64,000 nucleotides of DNA, taken from the NCBI GenBank assembly GCA_051530055.1, contig CM121343.1, positions 2,884,389 through 2,948,388 of the forward strand, given 5' to 3'. The DNA is from Neoechinorhynchus agilis (lineage: Eukaryota > Animalia > Acanthocephala). Every line of letters starts with the position of its first letter. The first letter of the stretch is position 1. This document shows, piece after piece, positions 36,391 to 49,600 of the stretch. Position numbers and translations under genes: made by a program. The notes under the pieces were generated by a model, which ran no database searches, was not told the DNA's origin, and saw only the letters and a program-made list of their open reading frames with translations.

Positions 36391-37979
36391 TTTTGATTCG
36401 TTCTCTTGCACTTTAAAGACAATTCCAAAGTATGGTTTTAGTTTTACTGCACCGAAATTGAACGATGTCAATTCGACCTCAATTGGCGTCTTTCAAATGT
36501 ACAAACATCTGAGATATTGTCAAACTTGAAATGGAAGCATTATTTTCATTGTTTTGATGAATTAGTAATCAAAATTAGTACTGAAGAAGAGCTGACAAAA
36601 ATTGTAGCAGCCTACTAAAATGATTTATTGTTCGTAGTATTGATTAACAGGCTAAAGCGCAACGAAAATGCTGTATAGTTGAAATCTTTACTCAAACTTC
36701 CTCCAATGAAGGTCCTTCAAAGAAACATCTCAAAATCTTGGTTTTCCACTCTGAAGAAGTCTGAAAGATGAATTAGTTAAATCATTGAGTTTAAGGACGG
36801 AGCGAAGTCTTTATTAAGCTTTGCTTCCTCATTTCTACTTCGATTTGTAAATGACCAATCGATTTCGTCGAGAAATTCTAAATGCTTTCATCAGTGCGAT
36901 GAATGATTTTGAAGTCCAGGAAAGCCGAAAAGGTTGAAAAATAAAACTTAAATATTGTTTTGGACAATCATAAACATATTTCCGTTACGTACTTACCCAG
37001 GAAGTTTCGTTCTCGTATAAAAGAACAAGGACAAAACAAGAGTGTCTTCCAGGGTTAATCCGCATTCACAAGTGAAAAAACTTGCAAACAGTGAGTATTG
37101 GCCAAAGGCCAAAGCCCGATGACGACGAAGGATGCGATTGCATCTCAGAGGGCAATTAATAAAAAATGAAGATAATCCGTTTGATGGTTTCAAAGTGGAC
37201 GAGGTTTGTCGCATTCATCGGCGTTGTTTTCTCGGATTGCTTTTGTTTTTTGGACCGGATCACTTTACTCACGAAAATCTAATTTTTTGAACTCGGTACG
37301 AAAAGTTCATTTGTAAGCTGCGTTTTAGTATTATCAAAAGTTTTATCGATTGGCAATAAAATATCCGACACGCGATTTTTTCACAGCTGATTGATTGGAT
37401 GATCTCTAACGCATAAATTACCATTATTTCCTTGTACTTTCTTAAAGGTCTGAATTACATTTTCGTTACATTATTAAATCTTTTTCATGTTTTTTTGGAT
37501 TCGTAGCTTTCAAGAGAGATTGATAATTGATTTCTTCATAAAATCATTAGATTTCCTCGTATTATTTTGAATGTTTCTGGAGCTGAAATATTTTATTTGG
37601 CGGAGAAGGAAGGATAAAATGATTTCGAATTAAAATTTATCTAGCAAAATGGGGTTTTGGTGTATATGAACTTTTGAAAGTTAAATGTGATGGATCGCTG
37701 ATATGAGCATCTCGTTACTAAAAAGCAATTTAGATAGAGAGAAATCCTCGGTCGATCGGATGGATCCATTAATGGGGACTTTGTTGACGCCGCGGCTACG
37801 CGATATGCACAATATCTTCGGTGTGGTCGTAGTGTTGAAGTGCGGGAAGTTTCCAGGGCGCGAAAGTTTGGTTTTAAAATCATCAAGTTGAGGAAAGGTC
37901 CTAGACAATCTGTGCAAGTGCTGGGTAATCCTTCATTGTGGGAAAAGGTAGTGACGGAATGTTGAAATGGGGATTCAAG

Positions 37980-39626
37980 ACTCCGTTTTAATTCGGGTCT
38001 TGCACCGCACTATTCCGCAGCGGCTTCGTAGAATGCTTTCTGGACGAAGGACAAACGGCGTTTGACCAATCGGCCTGTTTGGGTAATCTTCTCACTCTTC
38101 GTAGTGTAATAAGAGAAAAGCGGGCAGACAAGCAACCTCTCGCAGTAGCTGTGCTTGATATCAAGAGTGCTTTTGATACTGTTTCACACAATGCTGAGCT
38201 TCGTAGAAATTGATTCCCTGCGTATCTGCAAAGATACGTGATAAGCAAATACCATGGAAGTACTGCAAGGATCCGTTTGTCTAACGCCAAACCTTCAGAA
38301 CCCATTAATTTCCTGAGAGGAGTAAAGCAAAGGGACCCCTCTCTCCTTTGCTGTTCGCGCTGTGTGTAGACGATCCACTGCATGAGATCCGGAAACTTGA
38401 TACGGGGTTCCAGCTAAAGAAAGACACTCGCTTGTCCGGACCTCCAAACAATGATAGACACTCTTCACACTAAGCTCAAAGAATGCAAGCTTTTCTTGAG
38501 CCCTAATAAGTGTCAAGCATACCATCATAGTTATAAAAGCTCTAAGCTCATGGTGGACCGCGAATCTAAAATAAGGGTAAACGGCATAAGGCTAAAGGCC
38601 ACCGTGGACGGGGACCCAGTAATATCCCTCGGGGCACTCCATGGAAGGAAACTAAAGTGGAGGAAGGTTTTGATATTCTGGCGTCGCTTTTTGCTGCTAC
38701 GGAGCGTGCCCAACTTACGCCAACTCAGGTCGCTCACTTGCTAAATGACTATGGGGTGCCATCCCTCATTGCCAAGCTCAAAGCATCCTGGGACGTATCG
38801 TCTACTAACTTGAGGCGTATCGACGATCAATTGAGATCAAAACTAAAGAAACTCCTTCAACTGTGGAGGAGTGTTAGCGATGGCGCCTTTTATCTGCCGC
38901 TCTCAAAAGGTGGGTTGGGATTTAGGTCCCTTCGCCATCAAGTACAAAGTACGAGGCTTCGAGCCGTGAGAGCAGTTCTTGATAAATTCGGAGACGTGAT
39001 TGATCTCCGCAAGGAGATCGGCACAATTCGGGAGTATTTCGACATGCTTGGTGACAAGTGCGAACTGGATCAAATCTCTTCAAATACCTCATTTCAACAG
39101 CAATATTTGAAAAAGTGGAGGGAGGAGACGACGCAATCGCATGGAATCGACTGCTTTACGAACGGAATGGTTGATCGAAGTCTCATAACTTTTCGCTATC
39201 GACAAGATCGTCATCGTTCTTATATAGAGCACGTAAAGCTAAGATTCCAAATCTTGGAAGCAGGCTCCGTTTGAGCCGAATGGATCATCAGCGAGGTGGA
39301 GCATGTTTTTGCATTGTACCGCACCGGTTGAATCCTGTGCTCATGTACTAGACGGATGCGATTACACTTCTACTGCAATGATCCGATGCCAAGATAAGGT
39401 GCGATCGCGTGTTGTGTGGACGTTGGCGAAGAGACCTGGAGCCAGATTTCATTGTAAGGTGCAAAACCGTTTTCATGAAGAAAGCAGCAATTTGCTTAAA
39501 CCTGACCTCATATTGAGTGATAGGAATTCACGAAGGGTGTTCATTGCGGATATTGCAATTTACTATGAGACAGGTCGAGATCGTGCAGAAGTCGTAATGA
39601 AGGATAAAGAGGATAAGTACGCGTAA
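37980..39626 (+). mobile_element. R2/NeSL-like non-LTR retrotransposon with restriction-like endonuclease, degenerate
   Basis: RT motifs QTAF..CLGNL, LDIKSAFDTVSH, GVKQRDP, LFLSPNKC, FYLPLSKGGLG; CCHC HCTAPVESCAHVLDGC; RLE motifs KPDLI, IADIAIYYE, KEDKY; several frameshifts. Confidence 0.9.
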
Positions 39627-40620
39627 ACGTTGATTGAAACCAGTGAAGACGAGTCCAACCAAAAGTGAGTTATAAATCTTCTTTATAATTTCTTTAACGA
39701 TTGTGCTTTCGTTTAGTAGATGCTTTTGTTTACAACGAATGAGGCGGTTATTTCAGTCTTTTGTTGCTCAAAAATGAACCAATGTCTCTCTTTTCTTAAT
39801 AAATCGGTTCTACTCGTTATTGACTGTGCAGTGTGGATTCTATTTTTCTTTCAAAAAATGGGAATCTTAACTACAGTAAATGAAATGCTGCGCTTGAAAC
39901 TTTTAGAATCACATTCAGCATTTAAATTTAATAGTGCACTTTTCAACCATTCGAATCAAAAAGTTACTAATATTCGACTAGAAAGATTCACTGGAAACGC
40001 GGACAGTCAGCAAGATTAGTACCAAATTTCCCTTCAGAAAAATAGGACGACCGTTTCGTGAGAAAAATCACCGAAGAGTTAGCCTCCTTCACAAAACGTA
40101 GTAATTTCTAATATGAGATTGCTTGTCGGGATTATAGGTTTCACTTGTAACCTTTTATTTTCTTATAAGGTAATCGATAAATTCACGATCGTTTTAGTGA
40201 TTTTAGAATCCATCGCTAAGAACTATTTTCAAGTGTTGAGTGGAAATCGATATTTTAAAATCATTTCGTCTTGATTCCTTTGTTTGTTTATAGCTGAAAA
40301 ATTGAAGGAGTTTGATTAAATCCGATATTTCGGCACAATCTTGTTCCTTTATCAAGGTTTTTGTAATATTACAACGTAAATAAAACTCCTTCAATTTTTT
40401 CGTCATAAACAAACACAAAGTCTTTAAGAATGTTTGCCTGTGTCGTCCAGCGATTTGTGTAGCTGACTGAAGAAAGTCTCAATATAGTTCAGTGTTGTCT
40501 TGGCGAGGATTACAGGTTGGTTGATGGTTTCGTGATGGCTGTTAATCTCTTTAATTTCAGTTTCTCGTGACCTGGTGAACCGAACTCGATTGGCTTCAGT
40601 ACCGACAAGAGAATCTGGCG
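39626..40620. repeat. Outer inverted-repeat arm, right
   Basis: Reverse complement of 17470-18463; begins with the CK1 3' end (ACGTTGATTGAAACCAGTGAAGACGAGTCC). Confidence 0.95.
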
Positions 40621-40830
40621 TTTGGCTCGACGCTCTCCTAATCGCTTCTGTGGATACCCTTCTCTCCGAAAAGATAGTAAAGTTTGCAGTGTCCCAGAGA
40701 CTTGGGGTACCGATGTGTACATTCCATCGCTACCGTGGAATCATCGGAACGCCATGGTCTCGTCTGTCGGCAATCAGACGGCACGCCGAAGTGAACGCAA
40801 TTCTCTTAGTCGTGGTCTCAATACTGTGAA
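40575..40830 (+). mobile_element. CRE-like fragment
   Basis: RLASVPTRESGVWLDAL..DTLL..AVSQRLGVPMC..RRHAEVNAIL. Confidence 0.8.
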
Positions 40831-43429
40831 TGCGTCCAACATTCTAGAATTGAGCAATCTTTGCGAACTCGATAGCACGCTAACAGCCAGCTACATAAAA
40901 TTCGCCGTTATTAAACCAAGGGAGAAGAAACGCCACTGAGGATCGCAAAAAGACCGAATATAGGAGGAATCTTGGTCGAAATCATTATTTCGTTCCCTTT
41001 GGCGTCGAGCGACTCGATCATTTGGCACCGCAGTGTAAGACCTCATGAAACAATTGTCGAAGAGATTGATACGAATCACTGGCGATTAGAGGGCATGAGC
41101 ATTCCTCCCACAAAACATAAGCCTGGCTGTGCAACGGGACGAAACGCTGCATTTATCGCTTCGACCATTAGACCAATAAGTCAGCTGAGTGATCCAGGGC
41201 GGTGTCGTGAATGATTGTCCAAACATTTATCAGTTACGAAAGTTTTGAATGTCATGGGAGTCGTAAAATACTAAAGGGTATGCATGGGCGATAGGATATC
41301 AATCAAAGCTATCGAAGATCGACGGGGAAGTGCATCTACCTGCGCGGGATAGGAGATTTCCCATGTTCATGTGAAATCAAATTAAGTTTTCTTTTTGAAA
41401 TGGAAACTTGTGAAATGTCCACTTTGTGACTTGTCGATGCTGTTTTTGCTCAAAACGAGCATATCGTTTCTGTGAATCTTTCCACCGTTTTAATCGCTCA
41501 TTTCCAATATTAAATAACCATTTTGTTTCCTCAAATATCGCTGTCAGAATAATACTGAATGACATGTTGAGCAGCATTCTTTGGTTAAGTTGTTGATTGA
41601 ACGTCAAATTTTGTTAATTCTTTACCATATACAAGCTACTAAACATCACGTCGTTGTCCGTCGAAAGCAAAAGAATTAGTTAAACTTTTATATTAATTCA
41701 AAAGTGAATTAATATGAACGTTTTAGCAATGCTTTACTAATGTGAGACTTTTACGCGTATAAGACTGCGCCCTCACAAACGACGAATTACTCATTTCATC
41801 TTTGCACTCATCTAAGTTCTGTATTCCTTGTCTGAACACCGGCCCCAATGTTAAACTCCATTTGATGAGGAATCCGGTCTTAAAAACGATGTTGGTCTTT
41901 AAATCAGTAACTTTCTTGATTTTACCATCGAGATCTATCCAAAAGTTCTTTACTTCTCGACGTAATCGATTTTTTTAAAGCGTAAGATTGAAAAATGTAC
42001 ACAGCTGAACCCAGTACTAAAAAAATTGAAGGCCCCTATCCGACACGATTATTTTCTTTGAACTATACGACTTATCGAAGGTGAAATCGCCGTCAAATAA
42101 AAAAGTATTTTCGTTAGATTTTGATAGCCGTTAATAGACTGATCGCTCAGTTGAAGTGGTTTAAACGCTTAAGAGCAATTTATTTTCTTCTTCCAAAGAT
42201 TGACTGATTGGCCCTTTAAGGTTCTTGTCATTGTTGCGTTGCATTCCCCTCTTCGGCCCAAGAATTGTCAGAATTCTCCTATAACATCCTGCGATCCATT
42301 CGGTTAAAAGTGTCGCAACACACAAACTCACTAGCACCACCGAAAGTACCGAAGTAACATTTAGAACTAAAGATATAACGAATCTTTACTGCCTCTCATC
42401 CAGACGTCTTACCTCTTTGCCTTTCTATTCCATGTAGAGGTGTCTCTTCGAAGCCTTTAAAGAGTGATCGAAATTCACGTGCAAATGACGAAAAAAACGG
42501 ATTTGGGATCATGATTGATGATATACGCGAGCATCTACAGATTTGCTTTAGATTCCTGAACTAGCTCCGTGGTTTGAATTATCCCCGAAAATTGGTCATT
42601 ATTTAAAAGGGAGGACACTTAAATTTCAATTAAACTTCTTCTGTGAGATTTGTGTGGATATAAGCATTGAGGAGGAAAATGTGAGTCATAAGACGTACAA
42701 TAATGTCGTCAATTGCTTTTAACACACAAAAACGACTGGATGCTGTGGCGTAGCTTCCATTTTCTGGCCTGATCACTTGAATTCACTTGTTGCTGCGGTG
42801 TTCAAACTCCAATCAATCGATTTGCACGCTGTGCGCACACCGAGACAACCTAAAACAATCGATGGCTATAAATTAGATGGAAACTCTTGCATTGTTGGAC
42901 AAAGAAAACTTCTATTGACAACAGTACAGTGCACTTTAGAAAGACGAATACAACTTAGTGGCTGTTACACAATCAATTGTGGTTGCCTTTCATTTGAAAC
43001 AAAAAGTGTCACCGTTTTCCGCCATATCCGGGTGCAATCGAGCCATCTACTTGGACGCTCAGATCTGCTTTCGTCCTTTTTGTCGACTGTTCGGCGTAAT
43101 ATCGGATCTCGTCGTTACGCTCAATGACAGAACAGATCCATCTAAGGCAACAGGAGGAGTAACTTTTTAACTGTACTTTGGATTTGATCCTTCATAAGGC
43201 GATCGCTCCCCATTTGGTCCATGTAGCCATCAAAAGTAAGGACGAACTGAACCAAAAACTGTTTGACCTGAATTTAAGCACCAATTCATAACGAAAACTT
43301 CTCTTAAGGTTACTCGGACGAATTTCATACCAACGCTGGAATAACTTTGCCATTTTTTTCATTTTAAGTTTTTAACTTTTCTAGGTTTTACAATAATAAA
43401 GTACAAAACGTGCAATCACCACCGTCCGC

Positions 43430-44070
43430 AAAATTGAAGCTTCTCTCCTTCCTCGGTTGTCGCTATCACGCTAGCAGCATTGCCTCGTTGTACTTCGAGC
43501 GAGATATTTTGTCGCAGGAATACACCTTCTAGTGCGTCGCCGGTCATTTCTCTAAATTTCTTCGGGAGATCCTGAAGCAGAGTGCCGAGCTGCCAAGCGC
43601 TCCGTACGTCTCTACTTCGAAGGGGACAAAATAGTGGGCCCTCGCTAAATCTCTATATTTTCGTACCTTTCTCATTTCCGCTGCACTGGCTACACCTCCA
43701 GCGATTTCGAGAGAATAGGGAATGTTGCTTACTGCGAGGGAGGCGGCGTCCCAGAGAAGGCATTTGTCCTCCCGTCACGGAAAGGACAAAATTCCGTTTG
43801 GTCGACAACCGTCTAGTCGACAAAGGTGGGCGGGTTCCAGGATGATCGGGAAGTTCGCCGTTCTCAACGCCCGAGAAATTACGCTATTAATCTCAGAATG
43901 ACGTGAGAACCTTCCTCCTGACCTTCTGCAGACGAGACCGTGTCGCCCGAAAGCATGAACCAAAGACCCACATCGACAGCGATTGGGCGTGCATATCGGG
44001 AGACCAAGTCTTAAGGATACTGCGATCCTACCATTTTACGGAGGTTAGCAGTTTCCTGCATAAGAGCAGG
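43430..44070 (-). mobile_element. CRE-like element, 3' part
   Basis: LGLPICTPNRCR, HGLVCRRSGGRFSRHSEINSVISRAL, LEP..DGCRPNG, KCLLWDA, and the terminal QRGNAASV. Confidence 0.88.
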
Positions 44071-44349
44071 GACTAGATTGTTTGCGGACTTTCTTGGGAG
44101 GGACTGTGACGGCATGGAAAACAAAAACGGCCCCATCCCGGTAAAATTCGCCGTAAATGGCGGGATCGCATTTGATTAAATTGAGATCCCTTTTTCGCGG
44201 CCATCCATGGGTTAACTCTACTTTCTTGATAAGGAGTTTCGCAGTGAGGGCATGAATAGCAGGGAATCAATAGATTTCTTTTCATCTGCTGACCTTAGAT
44301 TATTGGATGTTACTCCTTCCTTATAATATTTATTAGCTGCAACGCAACT

Positions 44350-44640
44350 GCGATGGGCGTGCATATCGGGAGACCAAGTTTTAAGGACACTGCGATCCTC
44401 GTTACCTCATCAAGGAGAAGAGTTCCCACAGATGCCAGAGGAACAGCCTCCAATTCTCGTGTCGAAACTCCCAACAATCTAAATAAGACGACCCCAACGC
44501 GAGAACCGGAAAGTAGAGAGCTGTGAGCTCTCGCGACAAGAGGTCCGTCCCAGATCGACTGTCTGAGACCATTCACGGGAACATGGTTAGCGTCTGTCTG
44601 CTGGCACCAAAAACACTGGTATTCCAGCTTCGAATTTCCA
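44350..44640 (-). mobile_element. Second CRE-like fragment (partial duplicate of 43980-44030)
   Basis: AVPLASVGTLL..RIAVSLKLGLPICTP. Confidence 0.75.
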
Positions 44641-45319
44641 GAAGTTCTCAGTTTAAATAAAAAAGATGTGAATATGCCTCCACGTAAACTAAGGCCAATC
44701 GACGCAAATATTGGTTGTTAGAGCAAACAAATTCAAAATTTCTAAAAAACGTTGACTTTCGATCAATTCCTAAATAATAAGATGATTTAATCGCAAAGAG
44801 AACCTTTGGGTAATTCCTAAATGCAGACAAGAAAAAAACATGCTATTAAAAGTTTAATCGATCGACTAAAATCACGAATTTAAACGTCTGCCGCTAATTC
44901 GTGATCCACGGTCCCGAAGAAAAGATTTTCGGTTCGCAACGTGCAACTTAGATTCATTTTCGATTTAAAATAATCGAATAAAATATGCGTCCGAGGCATT
45001 AATGCTTCCAACGAACTCTTCCTCGGGCACTCAATAAATTCACGAAAGCTTGTAAATCTATTTTAAATCTCACAGATCAAATTTATACATTCTTTAATCA
45101 CTTAAAAAATTCAGCAGACTCGATATGATTGTTCGGGACTAGGATATAAAATGAAAACTGCATAAATTGTAAAGCGGTTGTCCATAATTTGTTTTGATGA
45201 GGACCGGATAATAGTAACACGTTTCACTTGTTAATCCAAAAAAGAATAGGACCAATGTATTCGTTTGGGTCCGCACAAAAATACCCGATTTCTGATAGGT
45301 TAAATGAATGTTGATTATA

Positions 45320-46515
45320 GAGATGATTTTTACCGAATTGTTCTATAAATGATTTAGTCTTGCCCGACAAAGTGAACAAAAGATGATTTTTACGGAATAG
45401 TTCTATAAATGAATTAGTCCTGTCCGACAAAGTGAAAAAAGGCCGATTTTAGTGGGTGAGAAAGGGTTTATCGTTTTTTAAAGATGATTTTTGCGGAATT
45501 TTTCTATAAATGAATTAGTCTTCTCCGACAAAGTGAACAAAAGATGATTTTTACGGAATTGTTCTATAAATGATTTATTCTTGTCCTGTAAAGTGAAAAA
45601 AAGGCCGATTTTAGTGGGTGAGAAAGGGTTTATCGTTTTTTAAAGATTATTTTTACGGAATTTTTCTACAAATGAATTAGTCTTGCCCGACAAAGTGAAC
45701 AAAAGATGATTTTTACGGAATTGTTCTATAAATGATTTATTCTTGTCCAACAAAGTGAAAAAAGGCCGATTTTAGTGGGTGAGAAAGGGTTTATCGCTTT
45801 TTAAAGATGATTTTTGCGGAATTTTTCTATAAATGAATTAGTCTTGTTCGACAAAGTGAACAAAAGATGATTTTTACGGAATTGTTCTATAAATGATTTA
45901 GTCTTGTCCGATAAAGTGAAAAAGGCGATTTTAGTGGGTGAGAAAGGGTTTATCGTTTTTTAAAGATGATTTTTGCGGAATTTTTCTATAAGTGAATTAG
46001 TCTTGCCCGACAAAGTGAACAAAAGATGATCTTTACGGAATTGTTCTATAAATGAATTAGTCTTATCCGACAAAGTGAACAAAAGATGATTTTAGTGGGT
46101 GAGAAAGGGTTTATCGTTTTTTAAAGATGATTTTTGCGGAATTTTTCTACAAATGAATTAGTCTTGTCCGACAAAGTGAACAAAAGATGATTTTTACGGA
46201 ATTTTTCTATAAATGATTTATTCTTGTCCGATAAAGTGAACAAAAGCGATTTTAGTAGGTGAGAAAGGGTTTATCGTTTTTTAAAGATATTTTTACGGAA
46301 TTTTTCTACAAATGAATTAGTCTTGTCCGACAAAGTGAACAAAAGATGATTTTTACGGAATTTTTCTATAAATGATTTATTCTTGTCCGATAAAGTGAAA
46401 AAAAGCGATTTTAGTAGGTGAGAAAGGGTTTATCGGTTTTTAAAGATGATTTTTACGGAATTCTTCTATAAATGATTTAGTCTTGTCCGACAAAGTGAAC
46501 AAAAGATGATTTTAG
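45320..46515. repeat. Higher-order minisatellite: ~60-bp monomers plus a ~35-bp spacer, repeated in ~150-160-bp blocks
   Basis: AAAGATGATTTTTACGGAATT..CTATAAATGA..TAGTCTTGTCCGACAAAGTGAA alternates with TTTAGTGGGTGAGAAAGGGTTTATCGTTTTT. Confidence 0.95.
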
Positions 46516-46767
46516 CCGGTTCCACAACCGGCGATCACTCAAATACTTCGTGGAAACTCACTAATGAGTCCCATTTCCTCAGACAAACTCATAAAGGCGT
46601 ATGATTCAGGGAAGTGATCCAAAGATTTCTGTATGATCTAAACACTTAATATCGGCAATCACCCCGAATGATTGATTATGACGTTATATGTTATTCGTCA
46701 TGCATACGAAAGAATGCCCCGTACTCTCTGCAAAGTGTTGCACCGAGCAAATTCTTCGATTTCTCCG

Positions 46768-48057
46768 ATGCATTCGTATTTGCGTGATGAGTGCGTTTCA
46801 TCAGCTAGTATTTATAATCGAAGGGTGATAGATTCCTTATATGCAAAATCGGTATCGTCAAAAGTGTTCGATCCATATACGGGTATCGTACACGTCCGAC
46901 GGAGCAATCTATGGCGTCATCAAAATGAGCGTAAAGTACCTGATAAACTTGACCAAGTATTTAGCTACGTCGTTTGCCCATACAGCGACAATTATTTTAA
47001 CCCCAGGACGAACTACAGAGCTTCTTCACTCAACAATCAATCGACTTTGACCGCTTACATTCCCGTAAATGCCGCTGCATCCGTATTGGCAGCTACGGCA
47101 GCGGCTAATGCGAATTCTGCAACGCCTACCGAGAACAGTTCCATCATTGACTCACATAACGAAACCTATAATCGGACGACAACCCAGGCCGATGAAATTT
47201 CGAAACAAGCCCAACAAACTAGTCAAATAAGTCATGAACTCTACATTCCGGGGGGAATATCTTATGAGGTCGTGAGATAATCCACCACTGTCCATACTGC
47301 AGTGCGCAGTACAAATCGAAGGCTGGACTGAATTATCATCTAAAGAATCACCATTCAACAATGATTCAACATTCGACACTCGCTGCCAAACGTGTATCTC
47401 GTGGAGTTATGAACGCAAAACACGGTGGGGCGGTAAAGCGCGTTAGAACCTCTACTGGATTCAATGGCAGAATGCTCGGTTGCAACACAGGTTTGATTGT
47501 TCCCATGCAAGCCTATTCTAAGACCGACAGCTCAACAATGACATGACTTTTACGGTGATCTCTTCCTAGAAATCTCATGTCTTACGGCGAATTCAATAAT
47601 TCACGTACCAAACACTCGTGACAACGACGCTGAACCTCTCAATCACCAATATATTGGAGGCGCACCCCAACAAGCTCGAAATGTGACCGTTACTGACTCT
47701 TTGTCGCCTCCGCCGCAGCCATCCAAAGTGGTCAGAAAATGTGACTATTGCACAGGGGACGAATTCGGAACCGAGCAACTCATTATCTGCTCACAATGTC
47801 AACGAGCTGGTCATCCGTCATGTATGAAGTTCACTCCTTCAATGGCTGCTGCGATTAGAAAGTATGACTGGCAATGCCTTGATTGCAAGACTTGCTCAAC
47901 TTGCGGAAAAGCTGGGTGTGATGATCAACTTTTGTTCTGTGATCGATGCGATAGAGGCCATCATACGTACTGTTTAGAACCAAAACTTACCCATGCCCCA
48001 AAAGACGAATGGATGTGTGCTCAATGCCAAGCTCTACCATCTACAACGACCGACTAA
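46768..48057 (+). CDS. DPF: DPF/d4 (Requiem) family BAF subunit: Requiem-N, C2H2 and double PHD finger
   Basis: FDPYTG..LW..DQVFSY (Requiem-N-like), CPYCSAQYKSKAGLNYHLKNHH (C2H2), CDYC..CSQCQRAGHPSCMKFT..WQCLDCKTC..DDQLLFCDRCDRGHHTYCL..WMCAQC. The start codon is uncertain; a probable GT-AG intron lies at 47491-47569. Confidence 0.88.
47228..47277 (+). other. Putative non-canonical TA-flanked hairpin intron (50 nt) in DPF
   Basis: TAAGTCATGAACTCTACATTCCGGGGGGAATATCTTATGAGGTCGTGAGA|TA; stems TCATGAACTC/GAGGTCGTGA (9 of 10) and ATTCC/GGAAT. Removal puts the C2H2 finger in frame. Confidence 0.6.
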
Positions 48058-48479
48058 TAGTGAATTAAAGCACTCATGTCTCCAAAATTAATTAAATAGC
48101 ACCACTGAGTTTTGTTGTGATGCTGTTTCCGTTTATTGTACTCTTCAAGGGAAAATCCTTCGGAATGATAGAGTTGGAGCAGACGAAAAGGTCGCAGCCA
48201 CACAGTTTCCATCATATTCACAAAAATGCGCGTGCTAGTGCCATTTGCAACAACCTTCAAATGCTACAAGACTTTTCCGCTATGACAATTATCAAAATTT
48301 CGGACCTCGAATAAAGGAAATTGTGCAAACGAAGCAACCGCAGCCGTCACATTAATCGGGAAATGGTCGTGGGCGCTGAATTTTAAAAATAGATTCAAAG
48401 TAACGCAACGAAATAATCGACCCATGGACTCTAGTTGCCTAATGATGGCAAATAAAAAAGATAACTGTACTTCTTATTG

Positions 48480-48900
48480 GAGCTTCTCTCCTTCCTCGGC
48501 TGTCGCTATCACGCTAAAAACAGAAATGAAATTTTTCCCAGGTATATTTTGGTTTTCTGAGGTGGGGTCGCCCAGGCAAACCAAATTTGGGCCGTAACAA
48601 CAAGAAGGTTGAAAACTTCTAAATTGGTCGGCTTAGGCAGAGATGACCAAAAAAGACTTCGCCTGGCAGTTGGCGAAAAGGGAGAAGTACAAATGCTTTG
48701 ATCCGTAGCTCCACATTTTTAACCTCTCGCCATTAAGACAAGTGGTGCCTCTTTAACCAAGCACCGCGCAAGTTTTAACCAAGGTTGGAAAACCCAAGAA
48801 CTCTGCGCAGCCAACTATCTCTATCAAAGAATAAGCTCTGCCATTCAGAAAGGGAATGCTTGGTACATCCTTGAAGCAACGGAAGTGAAAGATGTTCCTT
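48480..48900 (+). mobile_element. CRE-like 3' fragments (short minus-strand tail at ~48480-48515; plus-strand piece of another subfamily)
   Basis: YLYQRISSAIQKGNA on the + strand; 48480-48515 matches the CRE tail at 43435-43470. Confidence 0.65.
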
Positions 48901-49069
48901 CGTTCATATCGGAACTTTCTTAAATTACCTTTGGCTTTCAATAAAATATTTTTTATAAGCAATAATTCTAATTATATGCCCGGTACCTCACATATCGACA
49001 TATTTTACAGGGGATATTTCGCGCGGAAGCCTCGCTTCATGAGTCATCAAAAAAGGTTGTTGATATTAT

Positions 49070-49600
49070 CCTCGATCAGCCCACTTCTATTTAATATTTT
49101 CTTAGACGACCTCAAACCTCTCTCGTCTCACCGGCGATCTTACCCTCAGCACTCAATCACCACCCACCTCTCCCACTCCTTAACCTCTAACGAAATCATC
49201 CACATCAAAGATTTCTGCACCAATCCCAAACTCCACCTCAATTTCTCTAAATGCTTCCCTCCCCTGAGCTTTGGCATCCTACGAGTTACCTCCCTCAGAA
49301 TTCTAATTATCCAATTTCAATCAAATTTGAAATGGGACTCGCACATCACTCTCTCCATCAAGTACAACGCCTTTAAAATTTATCTCCAAATTTTAGTTCA
49401 GCTTTATTTTACCCTCCCTCACCTACGGTTATCCCGTCATAAAAACCCGTCGCCTTTAAACGTTTCATAAAAGAGCGTCTAAAATTTGCAAAACTGTCTT
49501 TCATAAAACAAAATGCATCCTCCCTCAACCTCGCATCTCCCTATACCTACGCTCGATTTTCCTACTGCTCAATCCTTTCGGATATCACAACTTGAAATGA
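49070..49600 (+). mobile_element. CR1/L2-like LINE RT fragment, third copy
   Basis: Near-identical to 30570-30920 (SPLLFNIFLDDL...NLKWDSHI). Confidence 0.8.

Larger units (their letters stand above)
30536..37670. repeat. Inner inverted-duplication arm, right
   Basis: Reverse complement of ~21421-28668. Confidence 0.97.

Noticed and set aside
36985-37000. U1 snRNA-like 5' end (TACTTACCCAGG)
   Set aside because: It is the reverse complement of a 5' splice site of the duplicated gene; the rest of U1 is absent.
41640-43200. Possible decayed coding region on either strand
   Set aside because: Many stops and no recognisable motif; not supportable without a search.
47519-47582. Additional TAA...|TA 64-nt frame-restoring segment in DPF
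   Set aside because: A good canonical intron (CAG|GTTTGA...TCTTCCTAG, 47491-47569) restores the frame equally well, so it was not counted.
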